Assembly (NCBI GenBank): GCA_018262795.1
Contig: JADFDM010000013.1
Coordinates: 8,159-72,158 of the forward strand
Direction of reading: 5' to 3'
Source of the DNA: Sphingobacteriales bacterium
GTDB taxonomy: Bacteria > Bacteroidota > Bacteroidia > Chitinophagales > LD1
Length of the DNA stretch: 64,000 nucleotides
A program made the translations under genes and the position numbers. Below the pieces are notes generated by a model, which saw only the letters and a list, made by a program, of their open reading frames with translations, did no database searches and was not told where the DNA came from. Positions 59,727-64,000 of the stretch are shown piece after piece (positions within the stretch are counted from its first letter, which is position 1; every line of letters starts with the position of its first letter).

Positions 59727-60594
59727 ACTGCTCCCGGTATTTTTTCTTGATGTAGAAACTGATATTGTTCAGAATGAAAGTGATGACAAAAAGAGTAAGT
59801 CCGGCAGCGAAAATAGTTCGGTACTCTAGGGAACCATTGGGCACATCGCCACTGCTTACCTGTACAATATAAGTGGTGATGGTTTCTATAGGAACACGAG
59901 GGTCAAAAGTAAGACGGGGTTGCTGGCCTGCGGCAATAGCAACAATCATGGTTTCGCCAATAGCACGTGAAACAGCAAGGATAACAGATACCATGATGCC
60001 AGAAGACGCAGCCGGAACCGCTACCTTTAAAGATGTTTGAAGGCGGGTGGAGCCTAAAGCGTAAGCCGCCTCCTTAAGAGAAGATGGAACTGCATACAAA
60101 GCATCTTCACTAAGGGATGAAATGAAAGGAACAATCATAATTCCCATTACTATTCCGGGAGACAGCGCATTGAATCCGGAAAGACCGGGGATAATCAACT
60201 GGAGAAATGGAGTGACTACCGTTAAGGCGAAGTATCCGTAAACAACGGTGGGTACAGTAGCGAGAATTTCCAACAGCGGTTTAACTATTTTTCGTACTCC
60301 TTTGGATGAGTATTCGCTCAGATAAATCGCAATAGACAAGCCAATCGGTAAGGCAATGATGATTGCAATAAGAGTAATGAGTAAAGTTCCGGTTACTAAG
60401 GGAAGAATACCGAAATGCTTGATCGCAAAAAGGGGTGTCCATTGGGTATCTGTAAGGAAATCCTTCAAAGACACTTCGCTGAAGAATTCAATGGTTTGAA
60501 AGAAAAGTACCGCAATAATTCCAAGCGTAGTGAGTACACTTATTGCCCCGCATAAAAATAGGAGGGCTTCAATAATCTGTTCTTTTCTGTTCAT
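59719..60594 (-). CDS. pstC: Phosphate ABC transporter permease
   Basis: [18 protein letters not shown] and RAIGETM motifs. Confidence 0.94.
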   Translation of the reverse strand: MNRKEQIIEALLFLCGAISVLTTLGIIAVLFFQTIEFFSEVSLKDFLTDTQWTPLFAIKHFGILPLVTGTLLITLIAIIIALPIGLSIAIYLSEYSSKGVRKIVKPLLEILATVPTVVYGYFALTVVTPFLQLIIPGLSGFNALSPGIVMGIMIVPFISSLSEDALYAVPSSLKEAAYALGSTRLQTSLKVAVPAASSGIMVSVILAVSRAIGETMIVAIAAGQQPRLTFDPRVPIETITTYIVQVSSGDVPNGSLEYRTIFAAGLTLFVITFILNNISFYIKKKYREQYE

Positions 60595-60663
60595 GTTGTA
60601 AAAGTGAAAACAACGGGAACTTATTACAGTTCCTGTTGCTCAACTAAATAACCCTTAAACTAT

Positions 60664-61692
60664 TTATTTCGCAGTTTGCTCAACTTTCAATAGTTCATCC
60701 AGTTTTACACCTACAGGGTCAATACCCGCAAAGGCTGATCCGGTTACTCCATCTGTAAATCGTTTTTTTACCATCGTATAAACTTCATCCGGTAAAGCAA
60801 TGTATCCTACTTCGGTGGCTAATTTACCCGCATTCTCCAGATAGTAATCCACAAAGGCTTTTACTTCAGGTTTATCGGCTGATTTCTTACTTACGTAGAT
60901 AAAGATAGGGCGGGAGAGTGGTTGGTAAGTCCCGTTCTTTACCGTTTCCTGCGAAGCGATCACGGGGCCATCACCGTCTTCTTTCTTCTCATCATCTACG
61001 GGAATAAGTTTCAGTTTGTCTTTGTTCGCCTCAAAGTAAGCCAAGCCGAAAAAGCCTAAAGCGTTCTTGTCGCCATGAATGCCCTCAACCAGTACATTCG
61101 GGTTGGCAGCAGCAGTATAATCACCACGAATGGACTTTGATTTCCCGTTGATGGCTTCGGTAAAGTAATCGAAAGTGCCGGAAGCCGTTCCTGTTCCAAA
61201 AAGGTGGACTTCTTCATCCGGCCAAGCAGGGTTTACCTGATTCCATTTTTTTATTTTATTCTGTGCCCCAGGCTCCCATAATTTATTCAGTTCGTTTACG
61301 GTTATTTTGGTTAGCCAGTTATTATCCTTGTTTACCACAATGGCAATACCATCATAAGCTATGGGCAACTCTATATAATTGATTCCGGCTGCCAGGCAGG
61401 TAGAATCTTCCAGTGGAGTAATAGGCCGTGATGCATTACTGATGTCTGTTTCGCCTCGTTCAAATTTCTTGAATCCGCCTCCCGTACCGGAAAGGCCCAC
61501 AGTAATATTTACGGACTGATTAGTGGCTTTGTAATCTTCGGCTACGGCTTCTGATACCGGATAAACAGTAGAAGATCCATCTAATTTGATTTCCATCTTC
61601 TCTTGACTTCTCTCATTGCTTTGTTGGTTTTGGTTATTGCCACATGAACTAAGCAGGGCAACAATACCAAAGGCTAAAATTGTTTTTTTCAT
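60664..61692 (-). CDS. pstS: Phosphate-binding lipoprotein
   Basis: Lipobox LSSC; DGSSTVYP, SGTGGGF, SGTFDYF and YQPLSRP motifs; ATG at 61692. Confidence 0.94.
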   Translation of the reverse strand: MKKTILAFGIVALLSSCGNNQNQQSNERSQEKMEIKLDGSSTVYPVSEAVAEDYKATNQSVNITVGLSGTGGGFKKFERGETDISNASRPITPLEDSTCLAAGINYIELPIAYDGIAIVVNKDNNWLTKITVNELNKLWEPGAQNKIKKWNQVNPAWPDEEVHLFGTGTASGTFDYFTEAINGKSKSIRGDYTAAANPNVLVEGIHGDKNALGFFGLAYFEANKDKLKLIPVDDEKKEDGDGPVIASQETVKNGTYQPLSRPIFIYVSKKSADKPEVKAFVDYYLENAGKLATEVGYIALPDEVYTMVKKRFTDGVTGSAFAGIDPVGVKLDELLKVEQTAK

Positions 61693-61788
61693 AATTGTTT
61701 TTTTGGGTTGCAAAGTTGTTTTGAATATGCTAGGTGATTGTTATTGGAGCTTTATGTTTTTTAGATTACAGATTTCCCTTTCGCTGCG

Positions 61789-63114
61789 TTATTGTTTGGT
61801 AAACCATTTGGTATCTAAAGCGAACTGGGTGCGGAGGGTGAGCACATTATCGCGCAGGTCACCGGTATAACCGGCTATGTTTGTTTTCTCATTCTTTACA
61901 ATATCGTAATACACCATCAGCTTGAACCATTCGTATGGGCGAAAAATGTATCCTACTCCAAACGTTTGATAAGCGATATCGTTCTTCGTAAACAATGGAT
62001 CCATTGCTAACGAGATATCTCTTCCCTTTTCCCCCGAATTGGGGTCAAATAGATCATATTTAAAAACAAAGTCGTGATACATTTTGTGCCCGTTTTTCAG
62101 TTGGTGCGCAAAGGTTTGCACAAAATAGGCGTAGGCACCAAAGAAAGGTCGGTGATAAAGTGTTTTGCTGTAAGCAGTGGGTACTCCGTTGCTTTCGGAA
62201 GTGCCGGGTTGCACACCGGTAATAAATTCCCCTCGAAGGGTTGTTGAACAGAAAGCATAATTAAAGGTGAGTTGAGCATCGGCTCCCACATATTCTCGCT
62301 TCAAGTACTTTTTATTAATGCTCGCTGAGTCAATAGTGTGAACCACATATCTCTTAATGCCTGCAAAATCTTTTTCAAATTTATTATAGGTAGCTGTTGA
62401 AAGGAGGCTGCCACCGTTATAGTAGGAAGCTCCAACCCCAAGCTGTACCAGATTCTTTGCAAAAGATTTATTTAGCTGAACGTGACCGATAAAGTCTTTG
62501 CGTTTGTCAATTTCGGGACTTATTCCTGTTCCTGAAAAAAGTCCGGCATCTATCTTAATATGAACAGGCTTAAAATTAGAGGGAGATTCCACAATCAGAG
62601 CAAAGCCAAGGCCTGTTTCACCGGGAAAGAGGGTCTGGCTCATACGGCCTCTTTCAGGAGTTTCGCGAGTGCCTGAAGAGTACGGCACTTCAAATCCAAA
62701 AGGCCGGTCGAATATTCCTCCTTTAAATCCTACCCAACCGATCCAGGGATCCACAATTTTCCCGTAAAAGTCTTTGATGCCTACTCCCTTTTCGGTGGCA
62801 TCTAACTGAAAAGCAGCTTCAATTATTTTAAAGCCTTTGGCATTCTCATGTTCAAAGGTCACTTTAAAGCGTCCTCTGCGAAGGGCGAAGCGATTGTTGC
62901 TGTGCTGCGGAAAATTGCCACCCGAAAAGCTGGCTATACCATCCGTATCAGCTAACTGGAACTGCGGTTGGATGTAACCGGATATTCTGAATTTGCGGAG
63001 TACATTCATCAACTTGTCCAATTTGCTGACCTTGTTGTTCAGTGAGTCTAATGGAGATTGAGCGGAAGCACCCATCGAGATGAGTAAAAGAAGGAGGGGT
63101 AATGTTTTTTTCAT
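61789..63114 (-). CDS. Outer-membrane porin, probably phosphate-selective (OprO/P-like)
   Basis: Signal peptide, SGYIQPQFQ, F.LRRGRFK and F.RPFGFE motifs; directly upstream of pstS. Confidence 0.7.
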   Translation of the reverse strand: MKKTLPLLLLLISMGASAQSPLDSLNNKVSKLDKLMNVLRKFRISGYIQPQFQLADTDGIASFSGGNFPQHSNNRFALRRGRFKVTFEHENAKGFKIIEAAFQLDATEKGVGIKDFYGKIVDPWIGWVGFKGGIFDRPFGFEVPYSSGTRETPERGRMSQTLFPGETGLGFALIVESPSNFKPVHIKIDAGLFSGTGISPEIDKRKDFIGHVQLNKSFAKNLVQLGVGASYYNGGSLLSTATYNKFEKDFAGIKRYVVHTIDSASINKKYLKREYVGADAQLTFNYAFCSTTLRGEFITGVQPGTSESNGVPTAYSKTLYHRPFFGAYAYFVQTFAHQLKNGHKMYHDFVFKYDLFDPNSGEKGRDISLAMDPLFTKNDIAYQTFGVGYIFRPYEWFKLMVYYDIVKNEKTNIAGYTGDLRDNVLTLRTQFALDTKWFTKQ

Positions 63115-63306
63115 AATAACATGTTGGGTTCAATTGTTTAAAGTTTTTATGTCCTTGTAGTTTTCTTGAAGCACTGTAGAAGAAATAATTGAAGCCTATT
63201 TTGACAGCAAAGGAGTTTGCAATTCGCTCTTTGGCACGGTCGCAAACAGAAATTAAAAAATAGAAGTCAATATTGTTAGACAGAGGGGGAGGTTTGAAAT
63301 GTCAAT

Positions 63307-63375
63307 TCCATTTTCTAATAGAAATTCAACATTTTGTAAGTTTGGGAAAATTTATTTTACGCCTGATAGTTTCAT
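63307..63375 (-). pseudogene. Truncated 5' remnant of the DUF6428-type gene that follows arsR in Bacteroidota ars operons
   Basis: Reads MKLSGVK*IFPNLQNVEFLLENG, with an in-frame TAA at codon 8; matches the remembered family N-terminus MKLSE.K..L..L..V.F.LENG; similarity ends after ENG. Confidence 0.6.
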
Positions 63376-63420
63376 TGTTTGTTTATAGCTCAAATGCGAT
63401 ATAGCTGGTCAAAAAAATGC

Positions 63421-63747
63421 TTAACAGCATTTTACTTTTGGAACCGTCTGAACTATGTTTAAAAAATAGCTATTTAGGATGTCGATAGTTTTTTCGTTAA
63501 TGCAGTAGCAAATGGAGTTCCCCTCAATGTTGCCCTTAATAATTCCTGCGTTTTTCAGTTCCTTTAAATGTTGCGAAACGGTTGGTTGAGAAAGTGGAAG
63601 TTGATGGACGATGTCACCGCAAATACATTCGTTTACTTTCACTAAGTACTCAATAATTGCAATTCTTGCAGGATGTCCCAACGCTTTTGCAATTGTAGCA
63701 ATTTGGTTTTGTCGATCCGTAAAATGTTCTGTTTTAGTTGCGCCCAT
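63421..63747 (-). CDS. arsR: ArsR/SmtB-family metalloregulator
   Basis: KALGHPARIAI, CICGDIV, LSQPTVSQHLKELK motifs; C-terminal CC. Confidence 0.88.
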   Translation of the reverse strand: MGATKTEHFTDRQNQIATIAKALGHPARIAIIEYLVKVNECICGDIVHQLPLSQPTVSQHLKELKNAGIIKGNIEGNSICYCINEKTIDILNSYFLNIVQTVPKVKCC

Positions 63748-64000
63748 CTTCAATTTGATATTGCAATATTACGATAAAGATTTAGAAAGCAAAATTTATT
63801 TCGAAATTTTCTGTCAAAATAAGATTTGAGAATATTTTTAAGCTGTCGGTACTTAACTGTTCAGGTTAGCACGCACGGTCAGATACGGTGATATATAACG
63901 GAACTGAATTTTGCGAAGGCAAGGAGATTAAGCACAATACTATTTACAAGAGCACCGCATTTTAATAGAATTATTAGGCTCCCATCACCATTCTTAATCC

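Noticed and set aside
61715-61775. Pho box upstream of pstS
   Set aside because: Only one imperfect 11-bp-spaced pair (TAACA/TAGCA on the minus strand) in AT-rich DNA, which is insufficient support.
66-63829. Numerous short antisense or alternate-frame ORFs in the track
   Set aside because: They overlap well-supported genes and show no independent coding signal.

Overview
A 64-kb chromosomal segment from a Bacteroidota bacterium, probably Chitinophagales-like. Support: T9SS C-terminal sorting domains, TAnnTTTG -7 promoter motifs and Bacteroidota gene order. Most of it is housekeeping: trmB, rpoN, asnS, rlmN, efp-accB-accC, yceD-rpmF, fabH, two tRNAs with tig, radC, rpsT, sucA-sucB-lpdA, queD, clpP-clpX, and a porin-pstSCAB-phoU phosphate operon. 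Four T9SS-secreted proteins are also present. The best candidate for an undescribed system is a minus-strand operon at about 30.7-38.1 kb. It encodes an AraC regulator, a stand-alone PqqD/RRE protein, an ATP-grasp ligase, a fold-III PLP decarboxylase, a urea-transporter/M23-peptidase fusion, a TPR/beta-barrel outer-membrane protein and a TPR protein. No separate precursor peptide is visible, but the decarboxylase N-terminus carries a lasso-leader-like YxxP motif. Other notable items: a plant-like sterol delta-7 reductase next to a roughly 10-unit 42-bp tandem array; a GxxExxY gene inside the sucB-lpdA operon with RNA-pairing inverted flanks; a REP-like palindrome doublet; a dispersed short intergenic repeat family; and a decayed ars-operon remnant beside the phosphate operon. 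All calls come from reading motifs by eye. No database searches were run.
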